Part shown: positions 7,920 through 15,318 of the stretch, piece by piece | Layout: every line of letters starts with the position of its first letter | Position numbering within the stretch: the stretch's first letter is position 1 | Assembly: GCA_011364985.1 (NCBI GenBank) | Contig: RDOC01000014.1 | Coordinates: forward strand, 1 to 18,788 | Source of the DNA: Candidatus Thorarchaeota archaeon | GTDB lineage: Archaea > Asgardarchaeota > Thorarchaeia > Thorarchaeales > Thorarchaeaceae | Direction: 5' to 3' | Length of the DNA: 18,788 nucleotides | Program-made: the position numbers and the translations under genes | The notes under the pieces: generated by a model | Databases searched by the model: none | Seen by the model: only the letters and a program-made list of their open reading frames with translations | What the model was told of the DNA's origin: nothing

Positions 7920-10829
7920 TCATAAGTTCCTCAACACGATTGCAGGGTCAGTTCGACCTGCTTCTCTTGCAGGAAGGTATGCCCCGATTATCATTGCGAC
8001 CATTTCTACGCCAAGTACAATCATCAAGAACTCCACTGGAATTGTTATTGTTGCTTCTAACGTTCTTGAGAATGGACTCATCTGAAATAGCAAGAACCCA
8101 TTGATGTAGCCAAATACTGTACCAAGAACAAGGCTTACTGCTAAGGAGGCAAACACAACACCAGTGAACTCAGAAAACACCATACCGACTACTTGTCTTT
8201 TGGAGCCTCCTAGTGCTCGAATAATCGCATATTCTTTTCGTCGCTCTCGCACGACCGAGCCCAAGAAGATTGAGAGAGCAAACATGCTCATTATTAGTGT
8301 CATGACAAACCCGATTGAGAAAAGGCCTTCAATGGTATTCAGAAATTGAGCAGTAGCATAGTTGACTGCTTTCAGGTCAAAGGTGTCAGATGTCCAGACA
8401 TACGTTCCAGCCATGGAGGTGAGATTTGTTTGAAGTGCGATTCGATCCACGTCGTCCTCAAGTGATGCCATGAATAGGTCCGTTTCAGACTTGACAAGCT
8501 CCTCTGTGACAAAGTCCAGATTGACAAGGGCAAAACCGGAATACCCCGATTGAAAGCCGAAGCCGGCACCCGTCTGAGACGGAGGAATATCACCTATCCA
8601 CGCATAGCCGAAGCCCGGTGCACTATATACAAGACCGGTCACATTGAAGATCATCTCTTTAGTCACCAAGAATCCGCTGACCTCCATTCGCACAGTATCA
8701 CCTATGGTTTTGTTCCATCGTTCAGCATGATACCGACTCAGGATAATCCCATTCTCCATATTGGCCAGATTCGTTAGTACCTCGGTTGCATTTTCCTCAT
8801 AGAAGCTAGTATGATCGAAATGCCCGATTTCAGAATAGATTAGAGCATTAAGACCTGTCACTGTTATCTCATCAGTCCCTACTGTGCCTCTCGCCCGATA
8901 CACGGGCGTTACGTTTCTTACCTCATCGTATTCAAGAAGCGTTTCATTATAGCTCAAGGGCATCGAATCGAATATGATACGAAGGTCAACGCCAACCGCA
9001 TAGTCCACCTCACGTTCAAGATCGGCTCTAAGACTCTCTGCTTGAACAGAGAACGCGATTGTTGAGGAAATGGTCAAGGCAAGAATCAACATTAATGGGA
9101 TGATCCTGCCCCGTCTCATTCGCAAATATCCTGCTGCAATCCTATTCTTCTCCCCAAATGCAAAGGACAGGTGAGAGGAGATGCTTGCTAGACCAACACG
9201 CGAAACACGCGAGCCGTTATAAGCAATGAAGAACCATGCGGCCGTTCCTAGACCAAGCGTTAGGAGAAGCATAAGGGGATTGTTTGGTAGATAGATTGCA
9301 GCAGCAACGACAAGCATGAGCAGCGTGATCGAGGCCCCAAGAGTGAATCCATAGGAGGCATCCTTTGGATTAACATCTTCAGGCTTCTCCTCCACAGTGG
9401 CACCAATCTCTGCCAATGATGCCTTTCTTGCAAGATAGAGAATAAAGAACACAGGAGGAACGATGCACAACAACACTGCGGTTAGAAGCGTATCAAGGCG
9501 AACAACAGAGTTGAGCAGGTAGAACTGGTAGATTGTCCAGTCGAAGTGCATAAAGCTCTCGGTTGCAGGTATCAAAGCTGCAAACACAGCCGCCAACCCT
9601 GTTCCAATGACAAGAGCTGGTATCGTTAGAAGAAGAGTCTCCCAGAGGAAGACCATATTGATTTGGCTTGAGCTTGCCCCTTTGGACCGAAGAACTCCTA
9701 CCTCTATGATTCGTGGAGCCATAAAGGAGTCTGCTGCGAACACAGAAAGGATTAGAGCAAGGAAGAAGATGGGCAGGTTGAGCATCGAATATGATACCGA
9801 ACTCAAGTAGGAGTCGACGGTCCATTGTAAAACAAAGATCATGTCATATCCCTCGGTATTGACATTAAACTGTTCCTCAACCCTGGTCGAGAGAACGAAC
9901 ATATGCTCGGACATGTCTTCTGCTCCTGCACCTATCAATGCAGAGCTGGAAGCGCGAACAAGGATGCTTGCTAGAAAGAACCCATCAGGCTCAACATAAT
10001 TGCGCGATACAGAAGTATCAAGGACAATGACCGCGTCGCGTATGCCTAAAACTGGAAATCGCGTGTTTGTGTAATTCCAGTTTCGGCGCATCATTGATTG
10101 CATTCCTCTCTCAGCGAGGGAATAGTAGTTTGCCATGTCATAGATACCGGCTATTTCGAGCTGGCTCAGGGTTTGACGCCCAAGAAGTGCCAATTCGCGA
10201 CCATCTGGATACGTTGAATTCGCTTCACCGATGTCTCTGGCTAGAACCTCAAGATCAAAGGTTGAGCCAAGAGTGAGATTGAGGCCGAAAAGATCATATG
10301 TGTAAGCCAAGAATTGAGCAGACACAAGAGCCTGACCCTCTTCAAGGAGTAGACTGCCTTCGACCTCAAGCTCGACTTGCACTCTCTCAAGAAAATCGTT
10401 AGACGCAAAGATGACTCTACAGTCCTTAATGCCAGCCTCGTATAGTCGACCGCCAATATCGTATACGAAATCATCAGGAAGATATGACCCGTTGAACAAC
10501 CCTATGGTGGAGTTCAAGCGGTAAGTCTCTTCCACGAAAGGTTGGACATCAAGATACTGCTGGGCCTGGGTCCCATCATTGTAGTAGCCGTCCAGAGTTT
10601 CAACCAACAACTGGAATGAGCTGTCCTCAAAGAATCTGTCGGTAGCTATTTTGACTCCAGTATCGGCCCAGATGATGTTAGATGTCAACAGGCTAATACC
10701 TAGCCCAAGAGTGAGTACCAGACTCAAAGCCCGAAAAGGATTGGCTCTCATTGAACTCAGAGCGTATGACAGCGAATAGATGCGACTTCCTTTGGTTGAG
10801 GAAACATTGCGGTCTTTCATTGCTGCCAT
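7920..10829 (-). CDS. Large FtsX/MacB-type ABC permease with two FtsX repeats (about 970 aa), paralog of the downstream permease
   Basis: IEVGVLRSKGAS, RRKEYAIIRALGGS and PAREAGRTDPAIVLR. ATG 10829 follows GGAGTGA; the ORF track starts at GTG 10838. Confidence 0.92.
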   Translation of the reverse strand: MAAMKDRNVSSTKGSRIYSLSYALSSMRANPFRALSLVLTLGLGISLLTSNIIWADTGVKIATDRFFEDSSFQLLVETLDGYYNDGTQAQQYLDVQPFVEETYRLNSTIGLFNGSYLPDDFVYDIGGRLYEAGIKDCRVIFASNDFLERVQVELEVEGSLLLEEGQALVSAQFLAYTYDLFGLNLTLGSTFDLEVLARDIGEANSTYPDGRELALLGRQTLSQLEIAGIYDMANYYSLAERGMQSMMRRNWNYTNTRFPVLGIRDAVIVLDTSVSRNYVEPDGFFLASILVRASSSALIGAGAEDMSEHMFVLSTRVEEQFNVNTEGYDMIFVLQWTVDSYLSSVSYSMLNLPIFFLALILSVFAADSFMAPRIIEVGVLRSKGASSSQINMVFLWETLLLTIPALVIGTGLAAVFAALIPATESFMHFDWTIYQFYLLNSVVRLDTLLTAVLLCIVPPVFFILYLARKASLAEIGATVEEKPEDVNPKDASYGFTLGASITLLMLVVAAAIYLPNNPLMLLLTLGLGTAAWFFIAYNGSRVSRVGLASISSHLSFAFGEKNRIAAGYLRMRRGRIIPLMLILALTISSTIAFSVQAESLRADLEREVDYAVGVDLRIIFDSMPLSYNETLLEYDEVRNVTPVYRARGTVGTDEITVTGLNALIYSEIGHFDHTSFYEENATEVLTNLANMENGIILSRYHAERWNKTIGDTVRMEVSGFLVTKEMIFNVTGLVYSAPGFGYAWIGDIPPSQTGAGFGFQSGYSGFALVNLDFVTEELVKSETDLFMASLEDDVDRIALQTNLTSMAGTYVWTSDTFDLKAVNYATAQFLNTIEGLFSIGFVMTLIMSMFALSIFLGSVVRERRKEYAIIRALGGSKRQVVGMVFSEFTGVVFASLAVSLVLGTVFGYINGFLLFQMSPFSRTLEATITIPVEFLMIVLGVEMVAMIIGAYLPAREAGRTDPAIVLRNL

Positions 10830-10834
10830 ATGGA

Positions 10835-11617
10835 TCACTCCTGAGGCGCAGTTCCCTCCTCCTCAGCCTTGAACTTCTCACGCGCGACTTCGATATCAAC
10901 GCCGCTTGGTTTGAAGAAGTCTGCTACGAGCTCTTCCACGAGGATACCATCACGTAGAAGAAGTATCTTGTCAGTCATTTTGGCAACTTCGGGATCATGG
11001 GTGACAACGATTATTGCCCGATTATTTTCTTTTGCCAGACGCTTCATTAGCATGATTATCTCGCCCCCGATTACGTGGTCCAAATCTCCTGTGGGTTCGT
11101 CACACAGAAGAACTGCAGGACTATTCGCGAGGGCTCTTGCAAGAGCGACCCGTGACCGCATTCCTCCAGAGAGCTCATGGGGCATATGTTGTGCTCTATG
11201 GTCAATGCCAACCAAAGAGAGTAGCTCTATTGCCTTCTCCCGTCGTTTTGTCGTGGGAATGTTGTCCAGAAGCATGGGGACCTCAACATTCTCAAGGGCG
11301 GTAAAGATCGGAAGGAGATATTGATCTTGAAACATCATGCCCACTTTATGCCTCCGAATCGCAGAGATACCTTCATCATCGAGATTAGTTATCTCTAGAC
11401 CGTCAACAAAGATTCTCCCAGAGGTTGGAGTATCAAGACCTCCAATCAGATTCAGAAGCGTCGTCTTTCCAGAGCCCGATGCTCCGACAATGGCAACAAA
11501 CTCACCTTTTTTCACTGAGAGATTTGTGCCTTGCAGAACACGAATTATCCGAGAGCCATCTTGGAATTCTCTGTGGACATCTATGCATTCTACGGCCAGA
11601 TGATCATTGGCATTCAT
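10835..11617 (-). CDS. ABC ATPase (LolD/MacB/FtsE family)
   Basis: GASGSGKT, GMMFQ, PHELSGGM, LLCDEPTGDLD and VTHD. ATG 11617 follows GAGTGA; TTG 11623 is the alternative start. Confidence 0.95.
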   Translation of the reverse strand: MNANDHLAVECIDVHREFQDGSRIIRVLQGTNLSVKKGEFVAIVGASGSGKTTLLNLIGGLDTPTSGRIFVDGLEITNLDDEGISAIRRHKVGMMFQDQYLLPIFTALENVEVPMLLDNIPTTKRREKAIELLSLVGIDHRAQHMPHELSGGMRSRVALARALANSPAVLLCDEPTGDLDHVIGGEIIMLMKRLAKENNRAIIVVTHDPEVAKMTDKILLLRDGILVEELVADFFKPSGVDIEVAREKFKAEEEGTAPQE

Positions 11618-11640
11618 TGACAAGTCACTCAGATTCTGAC

Positions 11641-11649
11641 TTTAAAAAA
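11641..11649 (-). promoter_or_regulatory. Putative TATA box for the ABC operon
   Basis: The minus strand reads TTTTTTAAA about 25-30 nt upstream of the ATPase start. Confidence 0.45.
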
Positions 11650-11704
11650 CCAATTTAAGCCAAGTGGATTGAGCAGCCAGCGAAAATGTCATCCGAACAG
11701 CAGC

Positions 11705-11739
11705 TGTGATCTCAAGAGTCACATTTTTGTGACACAAAA
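11705..11739. promoter_or_regulatory. Interlocked inverted repeats (candidate operator) in the divergent ABC/mobB intergenic region
   Basis: TGTGA-N9-TCACA (11705-11723), GTCACA-TTTT-TGTGAC (11718-11733) and TTTTGTG-A-CACAAAA (11725-11739). Confidence 0.5.
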
Positions 11740-11771
11740 GGGAGAATATTACTCCTTGAGTGTGAAAGAAT

Positions 11772-12254
11772 ATGAGATTGTTTGCAGTTTCGGGATATTC
11801 TGGAACAGGAAAAACAACTCTTGTTGAAGCCTTGATTCAAGAACTCACAAAACGGGGATACTCAGTTGCCACTGTCAAGAGCACCAAGGAAACACTCAGT
11901 GATGTCGAGGGCTCTGACACATGGAGGCATCGTGTGGCTGGAGCTGCAGCAACAGCACTTCTGAGCCCTCAGGCAGCTGTGACATGGCAGTATAAGCTTC
12001 TTGGTCTAAAGGATGTCCTTCGGGATTGGAAATACGACTTTGTACTTATTGAGGGAATGAAGGATGTGGATTTGCCCAAATTCTGGTGTGTGAGAGATAT
12101 ATCGAAAGACGAGATGAGATCTAGGAATGTGAAGGCATTGATCACTCATCCAGACTCGTCAATAGAATGGCAAAATGATGAAGTTGAAGTCCTGACATCA
12201 GATGATATCTCAATCTTGGCAGATATCATAGAGCAGGAAGCAGCCCCAATCTAG
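11772..12254 (+). CDS. mobB: Molybdopterin-guanine dinucleotide biosynthesis protein B
   Basis: FAVSGYSGTGKTTL, RGYSVATVK, GSDTWRHRVAGA and DFVLIEGMK match MobB signatures. Confidence 0.88.
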   Translation: MRLFAVSGYSGTGKTTLVEALIQELTKRGYSVATVKSTKETLSDVEGSDTWRHRVAGAAATALLSPQAAVTWQYKLLGLKDVLRDWKYDFVLIEGMKDVDLPKFWCVRDISKDEMRSRNVKALITHPDSSIEWQNDEVEVLTSDDISILADIIEQEAAPI

Positions 12255-12273
12255 GCCAAGACCTGCATCCAAA

Positions 12274-12291
12274 TGAAAAAGCTCTTTTTCA
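12274..12291. promoter_or_regulatory. Palindrome with perfect 8-bp arms at the expected promoter position of the OGG1-like gene
   Basis: TGAAAAAG-CT-CTTTTTCA ends 22 nt before the ATG at 12314. Confidence 0.45.
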
Positions 12292-12313
12292 GTCAATCCC
12301 AGAAAAGGCCCTG

Positions 12314-13168
12314 ATGAAGACTCTAAAGGCCAAGCAATTTGACCTGGAAGCCACTTTGAACAGCGGACAGACATTCAACTGGATTAGGGAAGGAAAGGGC
12401 TACATTTGCAGTGATAATGGTCAGGTGGTCTATGTTGAACAAAACGGAAACAAACTCCTCTACGAAAGTTCTCACCGACAGGCAAACCTGAAAGAATCCT
12501 TCCGACTTGATGATCCACTCCTAGAGATTCAACAAGAGATTGCAAAGGACCAATTCATATGTGATTCCATCCGATTTTCACCAGACCTTCGTATCGTCAG
12601 AAATCCGTTCTACCCCTGTTTAATTTCCTTTATCTGCTCTATTCGAAAGAATATACCCACCATCAGAGGCCTGATGCAGTCCTTTCGTGAAATGTATGGG
12701 CCGCAATATGAATTCAGAGGAAGAACGTACTATGGGTTTCCAGCCCCCGAACAAGTTGCTCAAGCGTCGGTGCAGGAACTCAGAAGTCTTGGACTTGGCT
12801 GGCGTGCGAAGTTCGTTTCTGAAGCAACAGCGGCAATTGTTAAAGAAGAGGTCGTTGAGAAGGAGCTTGTTAAGATGAAGTACGAAGAAGCACACAGGAC
12901 TCTGAAGACTTTACACGGTGTCGGAAACAAGGTGGCGGATTGCATCTGCCTTCTTTCACTTGGTTTTCTAGAAGCATTTCCAATTGACATCTGGATTGAA
13001 CGTGCCATTCAGGAGCGTTATGATATCTTCACTAAAACAGGGAAGTCATACAGGAAGAAATCTGAGGCAGCTAGAAGTTATTTTGGAAGATATGCGGGCT
13101 ACGCTCAGGAATACCTCTTTAACTATACAAGACTAAGGAGAATCACGACTCTGTCATCCTCTACTTGA
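12314..13168 (+). CDS. ogg1: 8-oxoguanine DNA glycosylase/AP lyase, OGG1 family (OGG_N plus HhH-GPD)
   Basis: LEATLNSGQTFNW, LISFICS, GLGWRA, HhH LHGVGNKVADC (catalytic Lys), FPIDIW (catalytic Asp) and YAGYAQEYLF. Confidence 0.9.
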   Translation: MKTLKAKQFDLEATLNSGQTFNWIREGKGYICSDNGQVVYVEQNGNKLLYESSHRQANLKESFRLDDPLLEIQQEIAKDQFICDSIRFSPDLRIVRNPFYPCLISFICSIRKNIPTIRGLMQSFREMYGPQYEFRGRTYYGFPAPEQVAQASVQELRSLGLGWRAKFVSEATAAIVKEEVVEKELVKMKYEEAHRTLKTLHGVGNKVADCICLLSLGFLEAFPIDIWIERAIQERYDIFTKTGKSYRKKSEAARSYFGRYAGYAQEYLFNYTRLRRITTLSSST

Positions 13169-14342
13169 GAGACTGACGCTTCCGTTTTTTCCTTGTATAC
13201 CAACCATGATCAACAATGCCCTTTGATAACTCCCATGTCCGTGTCTGATAGAACGCCAAGGGATGGAGAACATACTCACAGAGAGGATCAAAGACTTCTC
13301 CGAGGGCAACAGGACAAAGGCTATTTCCCTGCATCTTCTTGCAGCCCGGCGGTGTATAACCCTCTCCTGCGGACTTCGAGGAGATATGACGGACCTGATA
13401 CTCTGCCAATGTCTGCACGAAGTCGGGAGCGGCCTTGAATACTCCCATAACCTCTCTGATATCCATGCCGATCTTCAGAAGGAACGCTGCCAAAGCAAAT
13501 CGAGCCTCATGTGACACATTCTTCCCAGCCAAGGAGTCTTCATGTATCTGCCCGATACACGGGGGAAATGCAGTTGTTGTGTCGCCAGACAGCTTCACCG
13601 GTTCCGTCTTGCGTATCTTCCCCCGAATCTCGGTCTCGATGCGTTCAACTGCTTCTGTGAGCCGCCGAGGGAGTGTGGGAACCTCTATTCTGCTATCAAG
13701 AATAAGCTGTTTGAACTTGCCAGAGATCAATCTTGCCAGCTCTGACTTCCTCACCGGCACCCAGCCAGAGTCGAGATGCCTGTTGATCAATTTCCAGTTC
13801 CATGCATGAAACAAAGGTGCTACCTCCAAGAAGTCCTCAAATCGTATTCGAAAATCAAAGCTTCGCAGAAGAAGTGGCATCTTTGTACGTTGTGCCTCGG
13901 TGCCTGTGGATTTCACAGCCCATCCAAAAGCAGACTCACAGAGATGTATGAGATAGCTGTCGGATTCATTCGCAAGATACTTGTTGACGGATTTTGATTC
14001 CGCTTCAGCCTGATACTCCTTTAATCTAGGTTCGTCGATTCGTTCAACAATGAGCCGAGCAGCTTGATAGACGAGAATTGAAGCAGGATTATTATGGTCG
14101 GGCAACTGAATCTCATCCTGAACTATGGAGGAATAGACTCGTTCTTCAGCTTGCCGGACAATATCGTGGTTCATTGGATCCTCAAGCTGATCGATGAGTG
14201 ACTTGACATCCCGTGTAACTTTGAAGAGGGCTTCTCTTGCTTCTGAAGAGAATGGATATCGAAGTTGTTGAATACTCAAAGCCACGTATTTCGCCTCAGT
14301 AGTACTCGGACTGCGCTGTTTCGACTTGGGGTGAACATCCAT
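13161..14342 (-). CDS. priL: DNA primase large (regulatory) subunit
   Basis: N-terminal RYPF, WKLINRHLDSGWV, and the Fe-S domain FPPCI...HEARFALAAFL...YQVRHI...YTPPGCKKMQGNSLC...C...HPL with four Cys. Confidence 0.93.
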   Translation of the reverse strand: MDVHPKSKQRSPSTTEAKYVALSIQQLRYPFSSEAREALFKVTRDVKSLIDQLEDPMNHDIVRQAEERVYSSIVQDEIQLPDHNNPASILVYQAARLIVERIDEPRLKEYQAEAESKSVNKYLANESDSYLIHLCESAFGWAVKSTGTEAQRTKMPLLLRSFDFRIRFEDFLEVAPLFHAWNWKLINRHLDSGWVPVRKSELARLISGKFKQLILDSRIEVPTLPRRLTEAVERIETEIRGKIRKTEPVKLSGDTTTAFPPCIGQIHEDSLAGKNVSHEARFALAAFLLKIGMDIREVMGVFKAAPDFVQTLAEYQVRHISSKSAGEGYTPPGCKKMQGNSLCPVALGEVFDPLCEYVLHPLAFYQTRTWELSKGIVDHGWYTRKKRKRQSLK

Positions 14343-14365
14343 CCAAATAAAGTGCGCTCAAGTCT

Positions 14366-14590
14366 TCACCACCGATTCTCGAAACTTGGCCGATAGTCAT
14401 CCACATTCCGACGGTAGAACTTCTTCCCACACACAGAGCATTCAAACATTTCGAGTCCCTTCATTCTCGACCAGAGCGGGAAGATGCGGAATATGCGCTC
14501 GCCTTGGCATCTGGGACATCTGAGTGGAGAGTTGTTGTTCTTTGAACCACGGGAACTGAAGGTCACGACCATCAAATCATAGTTATGCAT
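14366..14590 (-). CDS. Small C4 zinc-ribbon protein
   Basis: CPRC...CSVCGKKF. AAAGGAG lies just upstream of ATG 14590, and the ORF fills the gap between the thioredoxin gene and priL in the same orientation. Confidence 0.7.
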   Translation of the reverse strand: MHNYDLMVVTFSSRGSKNNNSPLRCPRCQGERIFRIFPLWSRMKGLEMFECSVCGKKFYRRNVDDYRPSFENRW

Positions 14591-14636
14591 TTGCTCCTTT
14601 AACTTCTCTCATTACCAATATTCAGAGATGGATCCA

Positions 14637-15176
14637 TCAGTGCCGCCCAAGAATGAAGTCAGCCCGAATCAAGAGATTCATGAACTCTCCGAGAGATTGT
14701 CGGAGGATTTCGGGGTCGCTATAGAGCTTCCTTAGATGGTTCTTCCGCCCTTCTAAGGAGGGGTCGATCTTTTCATTTATGAGCTTGTACGCTGCATTTG
14801 GCCTCTCGACCCATCGACAAAGCTCTTGAAGGTCACTGCTAAGGAATAAGACAACCGGCGTCTTTCTCTTACCATTTACTTTGAAGTTCTGATGGTAATG
14901 GACGTGTTTATTGCTGTCAAGTATTCTGAGTTGAATCTTTGGAGCCGTTGCAGCCATCCTCGCAAGAACAGGTAGTGTGCCCGAAGTATCATCACACGAG
15001 TCGGTTCCCAAAACGAGGATCCTAATCTCATTCTGGAGTTCCTTCAATGTGGCCTCGTCTTCTTCGGTGAGCATCAGGTCGGTATAACGCGCCTTCATTA
15101 GCTCAACATTTTCTCTTGCCGTTGACAGGAACTTCTTGTATTCCACTGCACTTACCCATTCTGTAGTTTCAGCCAT
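14637..15176 (-). CDS. Thioredoxin-fold protein (Thioredoxin_9-like) with atypical CDDT active site
   Basis: ILVLGTDSCDDTSGTLPVL, NGKRKTPVVLFL (cis-Pro loop) and WVERP match this family, whose usual motif is WCxDC. Confidence 0.8.
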   Translation of the reverse strand: MAETTEWVSAVEYKKFLSTARENVELMKARYTDLMLTEEDEATLKELQNEIRILVLGTDSCDDTSGTLPVLARMAATAPKIQLRILDSNKHVHYHQNFKVNGKRKTPVVLFLSSDLQELCRWVERPNAAYKLINEKIDPSLEGRKNHLRKLYSDPEILRQSLGEFMNLLIRADFILGRH

Positions 15177-15318
15177 CTATTACCAACTCAAATCCGAAAG
15201 AATTCCGCTGGAAAGCCCAACAGGGAATATTTCGATGCGAATGGATAAAAGGATATCTCGGCAGGCAATGTGCTTTTGTTCCTAAGGATTTAACAGAAGT
15301 GGGCTGGCAACTGCATGC

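Noticed and set aside
14627-14638. Perfect 12-bp palindrome GATGGATCCATC at the thioredoxin stop codon
   Set aside because: A few palindromes of this size are expected by chance in 19 kb, and there is no loop or supporting context.
14600-15240. Selenoprotein or SECIS hypothesis for the thioredoxin-fold gene
   Set aside because: There is no in-frame TGA at a Cys position, read-through of the terminal TGA hits another stop within five codons, and the nearby hairpin fits SECIS consensus poorly.
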